From: Candidatus Ornithoclostridium excrementipullorum
GTDB taxonomy: Bacteria; Bacillota; Clostridia; Christensenellales; UBA3700
Assembly: GCA_018716085.1 (NCBI GenBank)
Contig: DVKK01000057.1
Span: forward strand, 14,570 to 78,569
Length of the DNA: 64,000 bases
Direction of reading: 5' to 3'
Part shown: in pieces, positions 53,706 through 63,695 of the stretch
Numbering within the stretch: the stretch's first letter is position 1
How the letters are laid out: every line of letters starts with the position of its first letter
Translations under genes and position numbers: made by a program
Notes under the pieces: model-generated
The model's database searches: none
What the model was told of the DNA's origin: nothing
The model's input: the letters and a program-made list of their open reading frames with translations, nothing else

Positions 53706-54892
53706 TGAAAGGCGACAATCTCTATTACGAGGTGCCCGTCGCTCCCAAGATAGTGGGGGGCGAGGGTTGTTTCGAAGCGATGGGCGAGGAACTGCGCGCG
53801 ATCGGAGCCGTATCGGCGATCCTGCTGTGCGACGAAGCGGCGGAGAAGGCGCTCACCGCCGAGAAAGTCCGAATAGCGCTCACCGCGGCGGGAGTCAGAA
53901 CGGGCGCCAATTATATGGTCGCCGACGGCAACGCCGCGTTTTCTTCGGTATACGAACTCCGCGATATTTACAGGATCAACAACTGCGACTCGATAGTCGC
54001 CTGCGGCGGCGAGGACACGGTCAATACCGCGAAGGCTCTAAGGATGCTGCTTTCTTCGCAGGCGGTCACGTTGGACGAGATCGCAGGCGTCGACGTCGCC
54101 AAATCCAAAGTCACGGTGCCGTTTGCCGTTATCCCCGCAGGCGTGGATACGTCTTCCAGCGTTACGCGCAGCGCCTTTCTGAAAAAAGAGGACGGAGAGG
54201 GACGCGAATTCCGTTCGTCGCTCGGCAAAGCGGACGTATGCGTCGTGGATGCGGGTACCGATCTCGGCGCAAGTTTCCGCAGTATCGCGGTCGGAGCGGT
54301 GGAGGTGCTTGCGGGAAGTATCGAAAGTTTCGTGTCGCTCAATGCGGGCAAACTGACCAAGTGTATGGATCTTTTCGCGATGCGTGCGATCAGGGACAGC
54401 CTCGACAAGGCTTTGGAGGATCCGGGCGACGCGACCGCTATGTGGCAGCTCAGGCAGGCGGGACTGTTGTCCGGACTTGCTTACGATACCGCGGGAGCGG
54501 GACTCGTGCGCGCCATGACCAACGCTTTGACGGTCGTCTGCGGAGGCAGACGCGAGGAATACTCGGGCATAGTGCTGCCCGAGGTGCTCAGGTTCAATCT
54601 CGAAAGCCGTAAAGACGATTATGCCGAGGCTCTGTATTACGTCGTGGGCGACGACAGGTTCGCTTCCACTGCCGCGGACATGCGCGCGGAGACGTTTGTG
54701 TCCACGGTATCCGATCTGACCGCAAGGCTTTATAAAGAGGCGGGCGTAGCCCGCACTCTCGGGGAGCGAGGCTTGAAGGAGGAGGACGTTTCTTCCGTGG
54801 CGGCATCCGCCGCGGGGGACTATTCCCTGATGACGAATCCCGTCCGCGCTACGGCGGAAGACATAGCCGAAATATTGAGGAGATTGCTGTAA
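53702..54892 (+). CDS. Iron-containing alcohol dehydrogenase-fold protein, apparently lacking the metal-ligand residues (paralog 1)
   Basis: Gly-rich loop CGGEDTVNTAK (compare GGGSxxDxxK). The regions aligning by eye to FucO MDALTHAIE and HGMAH...PHG read VEVLAGSIE and RAMTN...EYS. Confidence 0.65.
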   Translation: MMKGDNLYYEVPVAPKIVGGEGCFEAMGEELRAIGAVSAILLCDEAAEKALTAEKVRIALTAAGVRTGANYMVADGNAAFSSVYELRDIYRINNCDSIVACGGEDTVNTAKALRMLLSSQAVTLDEIAGVDVAKSKVTVPFAVIPAGVDTSSSVTRSAFLKKEDGEGREFRSSLGKADVCVVDAGTDLGASFRSIAVGAVEVLAGSIESFVSLNAGKLTKCMDLFAMRAIRDSLDKALEDPGDATAMWQLRQAGLLSGLAYDTAGAGLVRAMTNALTVVCGGRREEYSGIVLPEVLRFNLESRKDDYAEALYYVVGDDRFASTAADMRAETFVSTVSDLTARLYKEAGVARTLGERGLKEEDVSSVAASAAGDYSLMTNPVRATAEDIAEILRRLL

Positions 54893-54893
54893 T

Positions 54894-56096
54894 ATGAACA
54901 CGGAGATCAAAAAATTGCCGAAGACGTTCACGTTCTCCTGCCCTACGAAACTGCTCGGCGGGAGCAACGCTCTGGACAATCTTCCATTCGAGATGAAAGA
55001 AAAGGGCGCCGCGCGTCCGCTCGTCGTAATGGACGAATACGCGCTTCGCCTCGGATATTACCGCGAACTCAAACGGGTGATGAAAAACGACGACGTGGTC
55101 ATAGTCGGCACATACGCCAAGGCGACGGGCGAGCCGAAGGACTGCGACGCCGTGGTCAAGCGATTCAAGGAACTGGACTGCGACTGCATAGTCGGGCTCG
55201 GAGGCGGCGGAGTCATAAACGTGGCTAAGGCCGCGAAGCTGATGTTGGGGCAGAACAGAAGCGCTTTCGCGTCGTTCGAGGGCGACAGCGTGGCAAGACA
55301 ACAGCATTACGGCAACGAGAACATACCTCTGTTTTTGTTGCCGTGCGATATGCCGGGAGGTACGGAGGCTACGACGAGGGCGAGGATCGTGGACGAAGGA
55401 GCCAATCTGTTCTACAATTTCGATTCGCGCCGCACCTGCGCGACTGCCGTGATACTGGACAAGAGGCTGACCGACAGGATGCCCGCTACTGCCATGGCGG
55501 TTTCCGGATTGGGCGCGCTGGCAATGGGCATAGAGGGATTTGTAGACAACCCCGACAACATGATAGCCCAGTCCTACGCCACAGCCGCCATAAATTCCGT
55601 CATGACCATGTTGCTGCCGGCGATGCTGCACAACGGCAACGTGCGGTACAAACTGACGCTTTATACCGCGATAATCAATGCGGGGGTGGCGTATTATAAC
55701 GTAAAAGGCAGCATAGTCCGCGATATCGCGACCGAGCTGAGCATGCGTTACAAGATAGATTCGCAGCAGGCGTTGCAGATAGTGTTCCCGTATTATTACG
55801 AAACGAGAATGAGCGACGAACGCATATTCAAAGGGATACTCATGCCGCTCGCGGGCGAGGACGTATACGCTTCCACGAATTTCAACGCGAGAGACAAAGT
55901 TGCTCTGGACAGGATCAAAGAGTTCTGGGAAAAGGTGACCGCGCTCGCGGATATCCCGACCAAGCTGTCCAAAGTGGGAGCCAAACAATCCGACTTCCCG
56001 TCGATCGCTCAGGCGGTCATAGAAAGATACAGAGGTTCGGCGAAAGAGTTCAGCAATTATACTTACATCACCGAACTGTTGGAGAAGGCGTTTTGA
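54894..56096 (+). CDS. Iron-containing alcohol dehydrogenase-fold protein, apparently lacking the metal-ligand residues (paralog 2)
   Basis: GLGGGGVINVAKAAK loop. SGLGALAMGIEGF sits where TGMDALTHAIEGY is expected (D to G, H to M). No HxxxH motif. Starts 1 nt after paralog 1. Confidence 0.65.
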   Translation: MNTEIKKLPKTFTFSCPTKLLGGSNALDNLPFEMKEKGAARPLVVMDEYALRLGYYRELKRVMKNDDVVIVGTYAKATGEPKDCDAVVKRFKELDCDCIVGLGGGGVINVAKAAKLMLGQNRSAFASFEGDSVARQQHYGNENIPLFLLPCDMPGGTEATTRARIVDEGANLFYNFDSRRTCATAVILDKRLTDRMPATAMAVSGLGALAMGIEGFVDNPDNMIAQSYATAAINSVMTMLLPAMLHNGNVRYKLTLYTAIINAGVAYYNVKGSIVRDIATELSMRYKIDSQQALQIVFPYYYETRMSDERIFKGILMPLAGEDVYASTNFNARDKVALDRIKEFWEKVTALADIPTKLSKVGAKQSDFPSIAQAVIERYRGSAKEFSNYTYITELLEKAF

Positions 56097-56740
56097 ACGC
56101 GGTGAATTACGACGCGCTCGGCGCGAAGATCACGAAAGCTTTTGCCGAGGCGGGGCTGAGACCCCGTCTTCTTTTGCACAGCTGCTGCGCGCCGTGCAGC
56201 ACGCATTGTATCGAGGCGCTCCGAAACTCGTACGAACTCACCGTATTTTATTACAATCCGAACATATTCCCCGAAGCGGAATACGAGAAGCGAGCTTCCG
56301 AACAGCGCCGTTATATTGCGGAGAATATGCCCGGGATCGGGTGCGAGATCGCCGATTACCGTCATTCGGAATTTTCCGAAGCCGTCCGCGGATACGAAAA
56401 CGAGAGGGAGGGCGGCGCGCGTTGCGCAGAATGTTTCCGCCTGCGGCTGCACGCCGCCGCGGAATACGCCGCGCGGCACGGCTTCGAGCTGTACTGTACG
56501 ACGCTGACGGTAAGCCCGTACAAAAACGCCGCCGTGATAAACGCGATCGGCGAGGAGGAGGGAAAACGCGCGGGCGTTAAGTTTTTGCCGTCCGACTTCA
56601 AGAAAAAGGACGGCTATCGGGATTCCGTCGCAAGGAGCGTCGCCGCGGGGCTGTACAGGCAGAACTACTGCGGGTGCGAGTATTCTCTCGCGGAAAGAGC
56701 GTCGGCGGAAAAAGGGAAACGGGCGTCGGAAGGAGTTTGA
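56093..56740 (+). CDS. queH: Epoxyqueuosine reductase QueH (DUF208 family)
   Basis: LLHSCCAPCS...YYNPNI.P..EY..R motifs. The TTG start at 56093 overlaps the upstream stop (TTGA); a GTG at 56102 is an alternative start. Confidence 0.8.
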   Translation: MNAVNYDALGAKITKAFAEAGLRPRLLLHSCCAPCSTHCIEALRNSYELTVFYYNPNIFPEAEYEKRASEQRRYIAENMPGIGCEIADYRHSEFSEAVRGYENEREGGARCAECFRLRLHAAAEYAARHGFELYCTTLTVSPYKNAAVINAIGEEEGKRAGVKFLPSDFKKKDGYRDSVARSVAAGLYRQNYCGCEYSLAERASAEKGKRASEGV

Positions 56741-56749
56741 ATCATCGGA

Positions 56750-56815
56750 ACGCGCGGGATCGCGCTTGTTTTTGCGTTTTTTGAGAAGAATGCGCCGGCT
56801 TTTGCCTCGGCGCGC
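56750..56815 (+). terminator. Two tandem intrinsic terminators after queH
   Basis: GCGCG-ggat-CGCGC followed by TTGTTTTT, then GCGCCG-gcttttgcct-CGGCGC followed by GCTGTTTTTT. Confidence 0.7.
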
Positions 56816-56834
56816 TGTTTTTTGCGTAAAATCG

Positions 56835-56863
56835 TTGGCAAAACGCTCCTTATGATTTATAAT
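56835..56863 (+). promoter_or_regulatory. Promoter of the Wzz-like gene
   Basis: TTGGCA (56835-56840), 17 nt, TATAAT (56858-56863). Confidence 0.5.
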
Positions 56864-56900
56864 AAAGAAAAGCGCGTGCATATTAACAACGGAGGCCGCA

Positions 56901-58322
56901 ATGCAGGAAGAAAACGGTATGACCGTAAAACAGTTCGTAGACATACTCAAAAAAAGCTGGGTGACGATCCTCGTCAGCGTGCTGATCGTGGCGATCGTAT
57001 TCGGATCTTTTCTCGCGATAGTCAAGACCGTCGCGACCGATAGCTATTACCGCGGTACGCTCTATTTCGCCGGCAGCGATTCCAACGATAACAGAGCGAC
57101 GGACATCTCGGGGATAGTTTCGGCGGACAATATTTCCAAGGCTCTCAGAGCTACGGGATATTCCGAGGACGAGATCGCGGGACTTACCGAAACGGTAAGA
57201 GGCGCGATAACCGTTACGCCCGTGGTCCCCGCCGGCGCGCAGGGCAGCGATACCGAATACGTGCCCTCCACTTACACGGTCACGATGAATCCGATCGACG
57301 GCCTTACGGAGAGCGAATGCATATCGGTAGTCAACGCGGTCATGAACCAGTTCGTCAGCGACTACGCGCAATCGGACGGTGCGGTCGGGTCGTCGTTGGT
57401 GATGGTCACTTTCGATTACGACAGTTACGACTATATCCATATAGCGGGAGAGCTGATCGATATCACGACCAACAATATGGAAGTGGTGTCGGACGTGGTT
57501 TCGAGGACGTCGGCGGCAAGCGACAGCTCGCAGAACGCGGTCTTCTCCGCTATACAGGCGAGATTGGAAGGCGAACTTGCCAGACTTCGTACTCTGCAAT
57601 CGTCCATCGCTTATAACGGGACGACCAAGGAGAGCCCTTCGCTTTCCAACGAACAGTACCTCGATCAGGCGGTCACGTCGGCGCAGGCGAAAGTCACGGC
57701 GCTCGAATCAGAGATCGAAAGTTACGAAACTCTTCTCGCTAAGCTTGCTGCGGGCGGTTCGACCGGCGGCGTCGATACGGGAAGCGGTTCGATAATCATC
57801 GACAACAGCGCCCTTTACAATTTCCTCAACCAGAATTATTCCCGTACTCTCGGCGAACTGACAGAGGCGAGAGAGGCTCTTGCGTTGGTGCAGCAGGTGC
57901 AGACGGTATACGGGGAGGCGACCGCATTCGAGAACGCCGACGCAGATACCAAAGCTGCTATGAGGCAGAGCGCGGAAACGCAGCTGAACGCGGCGATCGA
58001 GAACCTTAATTCTCTGTTCGAGGAACTGCGCACGCTACTCAACGATTACAACGGTTATACGGGCTCTTCGACCAAGTCGATATCCGTACTCGCGCCGGCT
58101 TCGCTGATCACGGAAAGCGTACTCGGTACGACGACGATGCTTCTGGTCCTGGTCATAGTAGTGGTGCTGACGGTGTTCTTCGCGTTCATGCACGGAAGAA
58201 AGAAGTATATGCTCGCTCTCGAAGCCGCAAAGGATCGCGAAGATCCTTCCGACGGTACTCCTACCGACGGAAACGGCGGAGATGCGACGGAGGAAACGGC
58301 CGCCGAGCCCGAAAACGCATGA
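56901..58322 (+). CDS. Bitopic two-TM protein with large coiled-coil ectodomain, Wzz/polysaccharide co-polymerase-like
   Basis: The N-terminus VKQFVDILKKSWVTILVSVLIVAIVF resembles the Wzz motif. A second TM segment lies near the C-terminus (TTMLLVLVIVVVLTVFFAF), followed by an acidic tail. Confidence 0.4.
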   Translation: MQEENGMTVKQFVDILKKSWVTILVSVLIVAIVFGSFLAIVKTVATDSYYRGTLYFAGSDSNDNRATDISGIVSADNISKALRATGYSEDEIAGLTETVRGAITVTPVVPAGAQGSDTEYVPSTYTVTMNPIDGLTESECISVVNAVMNQFVSDYAQSDGAVGSSLVMVTFDYDSYDYIHIAGELIDITTNNMEVVSDVVSRTSAASDSSQNAVFSAIQARLEGELARLRTLQSSIAYNGTTKESPSLSNEQYLDQAVTSAQAKVTALESEIESYETLLAKLAAGGSTGGVDTGSGSIIIDNSALYNFLNQNYSRTLGELTEAREALALVQQVQTVYGEATAFENADADTKAAMRQSAETQLNAAIENLNSLFEELRTLLNDYNGYTGSSTKSISVLAPASLITESVLGTTTMLLVLVIVVVLTVFFAFMHGRKKYMLALEAAKDREDPSDGTPTDGNGGDATEETAAEPENA

Positions 58323-58334
58323 CATAATAAAATC

Positions 58335-58359
58335 GACCGCCGCACGGCGGTCTTTTTTT
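58335..58359 (+). terminator. Intrinsic terminator
   Basis: GACCGCC-gcac-GGCGGTC followed by TTTTTTT. Confidence 0.85.
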
Positions 58360-58578
58360 ATGCCCCGTATCGACGCAAAAATGCCGATATCGGCGAAAAA
58401 CGCCGCTGTTTAACATTTGATTAAGGTCTTTTTTACAGTTCTCTTACCGTACAGTTCTTGACTAATTACGATAAATATAATAATATTATATATACTATAT
58501 CCGTATTCCCGCCGCCGCATCGGAGCGAGCGTTCCGTGCGGAAGATCGAAACGGAGGGATGCGGTTTTCGGAGGAAAA

Positions 58579-60777
58579 ATGTCAAAAAAGACAAGCGCTA
58601 TTCTCAAATATACGGTACTTGCCGTCGCCATCATAGCGATAATAGTTCTGCTTTGGCTCATGCTCGATACCGGGCGTGAACCGGAGACGATACCGTATTC
58701 CGGCGATCAGGTGCAGAGCCTTACCTCGCTCATAGAAAACGGCGACGTCAGGTCGATATATATCGTCAACGGTTCGGAGGCGTACGTACTTCTCAACAAT
58801 TCGCAGATAAATTACGACGCGTTCAAATCGAATCCGACGGGCAACGCCGATTATTACGTCGAACTTCCGGGTTATTCGATATTCTTCAATTATCTCGAGA
58901 GCCTGAGAACCGCGAATGCCGACTTCGTCTCTCCGGAAGTGGTTACGCACTATTACACAGGGGTCAGCTGGACTTCGTTCATTTTCCCCGCGATAATGCT
59001 CGTGGTCATGGGTATCGTGCTGTTCATCATATTCCGTCAGAGTGCGGGCGCCAACAAGCAGGCGATGAACTTCGGCAAGACCAAGGCGAGAGTCAACATG
59101 AACGTTCCCGTGCGTTTCAGCGACGTCGCGGGCGCGGAAGAGGAGAAAGAGGAACTCAAAGAGATAGTAGACTTCCTTAAAAATCCGCAGAAATTCAGCG
59201 CGCTCGGCGCAAGGATACCCAAGGGCGTACTGCTCGTAGGTCCTCCCGGTACAGGTAAAACGCTGTTCGCAAAGGCGGTCGCGGGCGAGAGCAACGTTCC
59301 GTTCTTCTCGATCAGCGGTTCCGACTTTGTCGAAATGTTCGTCGGTACGGGCGCCGCGAGAGTCAGGGATCTGTTCGACCAGGCGAAGCGCAATATGCCG
59401 TGTATAGTGTTCATCGACGAGATAGACGCCGTCGGACGTCAGAGAGGCACGGGCCTCGGCGGCGGACACGACGAGAGAGAGCAGACTCTCAACCAGTTGC
59501 TCGTACAGATGGACGGTTTCGAGAAAAACGACGGCATCATCATAATGGCGGCGACCAACAGAGCGGACATCCTCGACCCCGCGCTTCTGCGTCCGGGCAG
59601 ATTCGACAGACAGATATACGTCAACATTCCCGACGTCAAGGGCAGAGAGGCGATCCTCAAAGTCCACAGCCGCAACAAACCCCTCGCTCCCGATGTGTCG
59701 TTCAAGATACTCGCCCGTATGACGAGCGGATTCAGCGGCGCCGACCTCGAAAACCTTCTCAACGAAGCCGCGATCCTCGCCGCCAGGGCGAACCGCAAAG
59801 TCATCGTCATGGAGGACATCCTCGAGGGCATCAACAAGGTCATCGCGGGACCGCAGAAAAAGAGCCGCGTCGTGACCGATTCCGACAAGCGTATCACCGC
59901 GTATCACGAGTCGGGGCACGCGATCATCGCCAAGGTGTTGGAAAACTGCGACGAAGTGCAGGAAGTGTCGATAATCCCGAGAGGTCAGGCGGCGGGTTAC
60001 ACGCTTACCAGACCCGAGACCGACGACAGCCATATAACAAAAGGCAAACTCATAGACATGATCACGATGATGCTCGGAGGCAGAGCTGCCGAAGAGATCG
60101 TGATACACGACATCTCCACCGGCGCGAGCAACGACATACAGCGCGCAAGCACGATCGCGAGGAAGATGGTCACCGAATGGGGCATGAGCAAAGCGGTGGG
60201 CAATATGTATCTCGGAGGGGACAAAGAGGTGTTCCTCGGCAGGGATTACGGCACCACGCACAGTTACAGCGAACAGCTCGGCGGAGTGATCGACGACGAG
60301 ATAAAGACCATTCTCGACAAGTGTTACGCAAGAGCGCTCGAATTGCTCAACAAATATCGCAGCGTCATGGACAACATGGTCAAGGTGCTGTTTGCGAAAG
60401 ACACCATCTACACCGACGAAGTGGAGATGCTCTTCGAAGGCAGATCCGCGGAAGAGGTGATAAAGGCGATAGACGAGCGTCAGGCGAAAAAGGACAGCTA
60501 TAAGCGCGACGCCGCTCCCTCCGCGGGACGTACCGGAGCGCGGGTCGAGATCATATCCGAAGCCGAACTTAACCGTATGAAAGAGCGCAGAGCCGCCGAA
60601 GAGACGAGAGCGGCGGAGGACAAGGGATCGGAGGCCGCCGACGGATCGCCTGCGGCAAAACCGTCCGAAGCCGACGGCGACGCGAAAGAAGCTGCTCCCG
60701 ACAAAGGCGCCGAGCCGGACGGCAACGCGAAAGAAGATCCGGAGAATAAGGACGGAAACGGATCCGACGGTCAATGA
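58579..60777 (+). CDS. ftsH: ATP-dependent zinc metalloprotease FtsH with long K/E/A/D-rich C-terminal extension
   Basis: Two N-terminal TM segments, Walker [13 protein letters not shown] region, and the HESGHAI zinc motif. Confidence 0.95.
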   Translation: MSKKTSAILKYTVLAVAIIAIIVLLWLMLDTGREPETIPYSGDQVQSLTSLIENGDVRSIYIVNGSEAYVLLNNSQINYDAFKSNPTGNADYYVELPGYSIFFNYLESLRTANADFVSPEVVTHYYTGVSWTSFIFPAIMLVVMGIVLFIIFRQSAGANKQAMNFGKTKARVNMNVPVRFSDVAGAEEEKEELKEIVDFLKNPQKFSALGARIPKGVLLVGPPGTGKTLFAKAVAGESNVPFFSISGSDFVEMFVGTGAARVRDLFDQAKRNMPCIVFIDEIDAVGRQRGTGLGGGHDEREQTLNQLLVQMDGFEKNDGIIIMAATNRADILDPALLRPGRFDRQIYVNIPDVKGREAILKVHSRNKPLAPDVSFKILARMTSGFSGADLENLLNEAAILAARANRKVIVMEDILEGINKVIAGPQKKSRVVTDSDKRITAYHESGHAIIAKVLENCDEVQEVSIIPRGQAAGYTLTRPETDDSHITKGKLIDMITMMLGGRAAEEIVIHDISTGASNDIQRASTIARKMVTEWGMSKAVGNMYLGGDKEVFLGRDYGTTHSYSEQLGGVIDDEIKTILDKCYARALELLNKYRSVMDNMVKVLFAKDTIYTDEVEMLFEGRSAEEVIKAIDERQAKKDSYKRDAAPSAGRTGARVEIISEAELNRMKERRAAEETRAAEDKGSEAADGSPAAKPSEADGDAKEAAPDKGAEPDGNAKEDPENKDGNGSDGQ

Positions 60778-60792
60778 CCGACACAGGAAAAT

Positions 60793-60814
60793 AAGCGCCT
60801 TCGGGCGCTTTTTT
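60793..60814. terminator. Bidirectional terminator (ftsH and the convergent gene)
   Basis: AAGCGCC-ttcg-GGCGCTT, flanked by T-runs on both strands. Confidence 0.8.
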
Positions 60815-60823
60815 CATGCCCTG

Positions 60824-61483
60824 TTACGGTTTTTCCACGTAAACTTTTATCGTGTCCGAAAAAAAACAGGATGTCTTTTTGTGCGTCACGAAAGTCATTC
60901 TGCGCGACAGCCCGTATTCCGTATCGTCGCATTTTCCGAAACAGTTGTAACGGTGCGATAGGTCGCAGAAGTGCGCATATACGGTCAGTCCGCAGCAGTA
61001 CGACATACTTTGCAGAAAAGCGTTGTCCCGCGTTTCGTCGAAGACCTTTTCGTCGAAGGCGAAAATGAAGTCGCTCTTTGCTTTGGAAAGCGCGTGCCAA
61101 AGCTGAGGACGGCGTATATCGTCGGATACTATGAGCCCCATAAGCCCCGCCGACGTGCGGTAACAGCGCATACACGCTCCGTTCTGCAAGCCTTTTTGAG
61201 GAAACATCTGATCGCTCACGCCCAACACCTTGCCTTTGTCTATGACAATGGCGCTGTTGAATTCTCCTCCGTCTACGGCGGCGCGTACCGCGGCGACGAC
61301 CAAGGCGCCGTATCTTGCCGAATAGCGCATCAGAGGAAGTATCGTATCCGAATCGCCGCGCAGTTCCGCACGCAGGTCGACTCTGCCCGCGACGCTGCGG
61401 TGCAGACACAGTATCTCGGGACGGCTGTCCTCTGCGTATTCGAGCGCGACGGACAGCGGCATTGCCGCTAAACATTGGAGCAT
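60824..61483 (-). CDS. Hypothetical protein; faint carbon-nitrogen hydrolase-like pattern without the catalytic Cys
   Basis: GLMGLIVSDDIRRPQLW resembles G..ICYD..FPE, but with Ser in place of Cys. Otherwise unrecognised. Confidence 0.35.
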   Translation of the reverse strand: MLQCLAAMPLSVALEYAEDSRPEILCLHRSVAGRVDLRAELRGDSDTILPLMRYSARYGALVVAAVRAAVDGGEFNSAIVIDKGKVLGVSDQMFPQKGLQNGACMRCYRTSAGLMGLIVSDDIRRPQLWHALSKAKSDFIFAFDEKVFDETRDNAFLQSMSYCCGLTVYAHFCDLSHRYNCFGKCDDTEYGLSRRMTFVTHKKTSCFFSDTIKVYVEKP

Positions 61484-61612
61484 ACTTTATATTATGACGC
61501 TCCGGGGGTCTTTGTGCAGAACATTTGCCTCGCGGCGCAGGACGGCGCGGAGTTCGCCGCGACAGGCGGACGATACGGGTAAAAATGCGCGATAATAAAA
61601 AACCGTTCGCGC

Positions 61613-61641
61613 TTTACAAACGAAATTATATACGATACAAT
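61613..61641 (+). promoter_or_regulatory. Promoter of the GH36-like gene
   Basis: TTTACA (61613-61618), 17 nt, TACAAT (61636-61641). Leaves a 5' UTR of about 120 nt. Confidence 0.45.
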
Positions 61642-61763
61642 TTAAGTGTGACGATACGGAATAAGGCAATGGATCGGCGCGGCGGCGCCCGTCTTACGGC
61701 TTTATCCGTTCTCGGCAAAAACGCGCGGGGAAAAGGTCAGGGCTCCCGCAGTCGGAGGTTGAT

Positions 61764-63662
61764 ATGAAGAGGATATCCTACGCTTCTGCCAAGGTAAGAA
61801 AGACGCTGCTGTTCGGCGAAGGAAAACTTATCGAAGATTACGAAAATCTGCTGACGGGGAGAAGATATACGTCCTGCGGCGGCAACGTAGTCATAGGCAG
61901 CACCAGGTTCGGTTCGAGAAAGAAACTGCCGTTTTCTGATATGGAGGTTTTTTCCGCGGACGAGTCGGGTTATACGCTCCGCGACGACGGCTTCGGGATC
62001 ACGGTCAGGGTGGACTGCGACGAGGCGGAATGCGGCGCGCTGCGCGAAAAACTGACCGTAACTGCGGAAGAGGACGTGTTCGTTCATTCCGTATGTCTGG
62101 GAGGCATGATCATCGCGGACAGTTCGTTCACATGGCAGGCGCCTCTCGGCAAAAGAGTCTTCGTGCCGTCCAAAATAGCCAGATTCGGACAGCCGGTATA
62201 CGTAGGCGACGTGTTTATCGGAGCGGAAACTCCCGTGGCGGAAAACGGTATCGTCAAGGGTACGGCGAGAAGCGTCTACCATACCGCGCGCAAATTTTCC
62301 GAGCTTGCGGAAGACGGGGACGCTTACAGTCCTCCCGCTTTTATCGTAGGCGCGGCAAAGGAGAGCGGTTTCGACGCGGTGTCGGACGCGTTTTTGCGTT
62401 ACGTTTCGGAAATGGCTCTGTCCGATTCCTTCCGCGTGCAGTTCAACAGCTGGTACGACAATATGCTCGACATAGATCCGGAAAAGATCGAAAAGTCTTT
62501 CACCGCCGTCGGCGATGGGATGAAAAAAGCGGGTTTCCGTCCGCTGGACTGTTACGTGGTCGACGACGGATGGACCGAGTACGACAAGCCGCTCTTCTGG
62601 GAATTCAATTCCAAGTTCGCGGACGGATTCGTCAAAGAGAGCAGACTGACCGAGAAATTGGGCGGAAAATTCGGAGTATGGTTCGGTCCCCGAGGCGGGT
62701 ACACTTCGCAAACTCCCGTTTACGCGGGACTGCTCGAAAAAATAGGCTACCACTCCAACAGATATTCGAGAGATATCTGTACCGCCGACCCGAAGTACGT
62801 TTCCGATCTGACGGACAGAATGGCGGAGTTCTGCGAGAAATTCAACGTCGATTATTTCAAGATAGACGGCTTTGCGATATGTTCCTGTCCTTCCGCGGGG
62901 CACGGACACCCGAGCGCGCTGTGCAACGTAAAGGGCTTTTACGTATATCTTTGGGAGCAGTGGCTCAAAGGTTTCGAGAAGATCCGCCGCGTATGCCCCG
63001 GCGTATGTCTAAACGTAACGTCTTACGCGCATTGCTCGCCCTGGTTTTTGAAATGGGCGGATTTCATATGGATGAACAACGCTTCCGACATGGGTTACGT
63101 CGGCGAGGGCGACAGCCTTTCACGCTGTTTGAATTACAGGGACAGCCGTTACCGCGCGCTGTTCCTGGACGACGAACGGCAGTTCCCCGCGGGGAATCTG
63201 TACAATCACGAACCGTGTTACGCAAAGCGCAATTTCGACCCCAAGTTCTCGAAAAGCAGTCCCGTCGTATATACCGACGGACAGTTCGAACTTTATATGT
63301 ATTGCTGCATGATGAGGGGCAGCGGTCTGGCGGAACTGTATTTCTCTCCCGAGATGATGAACGACGCCAAGTGGAACATAGCGGCGCGCGTGCTGGAATG
63401 GGCGGAGAGCAGACACGGGATACTCAAATATTCGCGTTTCTTCGGTTCCGATCCCGCGAAAGGCGGCGCGTACGGATATCTGGCAGTGGGCGACAACGGG
63501 GACCGCGTGACTATGCTGCGCAATTCTTCGGGCGAAGTTTCCGAATACGAACTGACCATGCCGGACGGGAAGAAGGCGAGCGGCACGCTCGCCCCGTTCG
63601 AGACCGTGATCACGGAGACCGTCGGAGGGCAGACGCGGGAGATAATACGCGCAAAGAGCTGA
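61764..63662 (+). CDS. Glycoside hydrolase, clan GH-D (GH36/GH27 alpha-galactosidase-like)
   Basis: FNSWYDNMLDIDPEKI...GFRPLDCYVVDDGW and DYFKIDGF resemble the NSWea.yfd...G.e.fvlDDGW and KxD motifs of GH36 enzymes. Confidence 0.5.
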   Translation: MKRISYASAKVRKTLLFGEGKLIEDYENLLTGRRYTSCGGNVVIGSTRFGSRKKLPFSDMEVFSADESGYTLRDDGFGITVRVDCDEAECGALREKLTVTAEEDVFVHSVCLGGMIIADSSFTWQAPLGKRVFVPSKIARFGQPVYVGDVFIGAETPVAENGIVKGTARSVYHTARKFSELAEDGDAYSPPAFIVGAAKESGFDAVSDAFLRYVSEMALSDSFRVQFNSWYDNMLDIDPEKIEKSFTAVGDGMKKAGFRPLDCYVVDDGWTEYDKPLFWEFNSKFADGFVKESRLTEKLGGKFGVWFGPRGGYTSQTPVYAGLLEKIGYHSNRYSRDICTADPKYVSDLTDRMAEFCEKFNVDYFKIDGFAICSCPSAGHGHPSALCNVKGFYVYLWEQWLKGFEKIRRVCPGVCLNVTSYAHCSPWFLKWADFIWMNNASDMGYVGEGDSLSRCLNYRDSRYRALFLDDERQFPAGNLYNHEPCYAKRNFDPKFSKSSPVVYTDGQFELYMYCCMMRGSGLAELYFSPEMMNDAKWNIAARVLEWAESRHGILKYSRFFGSDPAKGGAYGYLAVGDNGDRVTMLRNSSGEVSEYELTMPDGKKASGTLAPFETVITETVGGQTREIIRAKS

Positions 63663-63695
63663 AAAACGAATACGTATCGGCAAAAGGAGAAGATC

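Noticed and set aside
58582-60774. A 730-aa ORF antisense to ftsH. Similar shadows lie opposite lysS (29413..30948), the ABC-F gene (43312..45279), the aminotransferase (45325..46839) and metH (16280..17656, 17972..18994).
   Set aside because: In each case the opposite strand encodes an unmistakable conserved protein, and the antisense product is Arg-rich.
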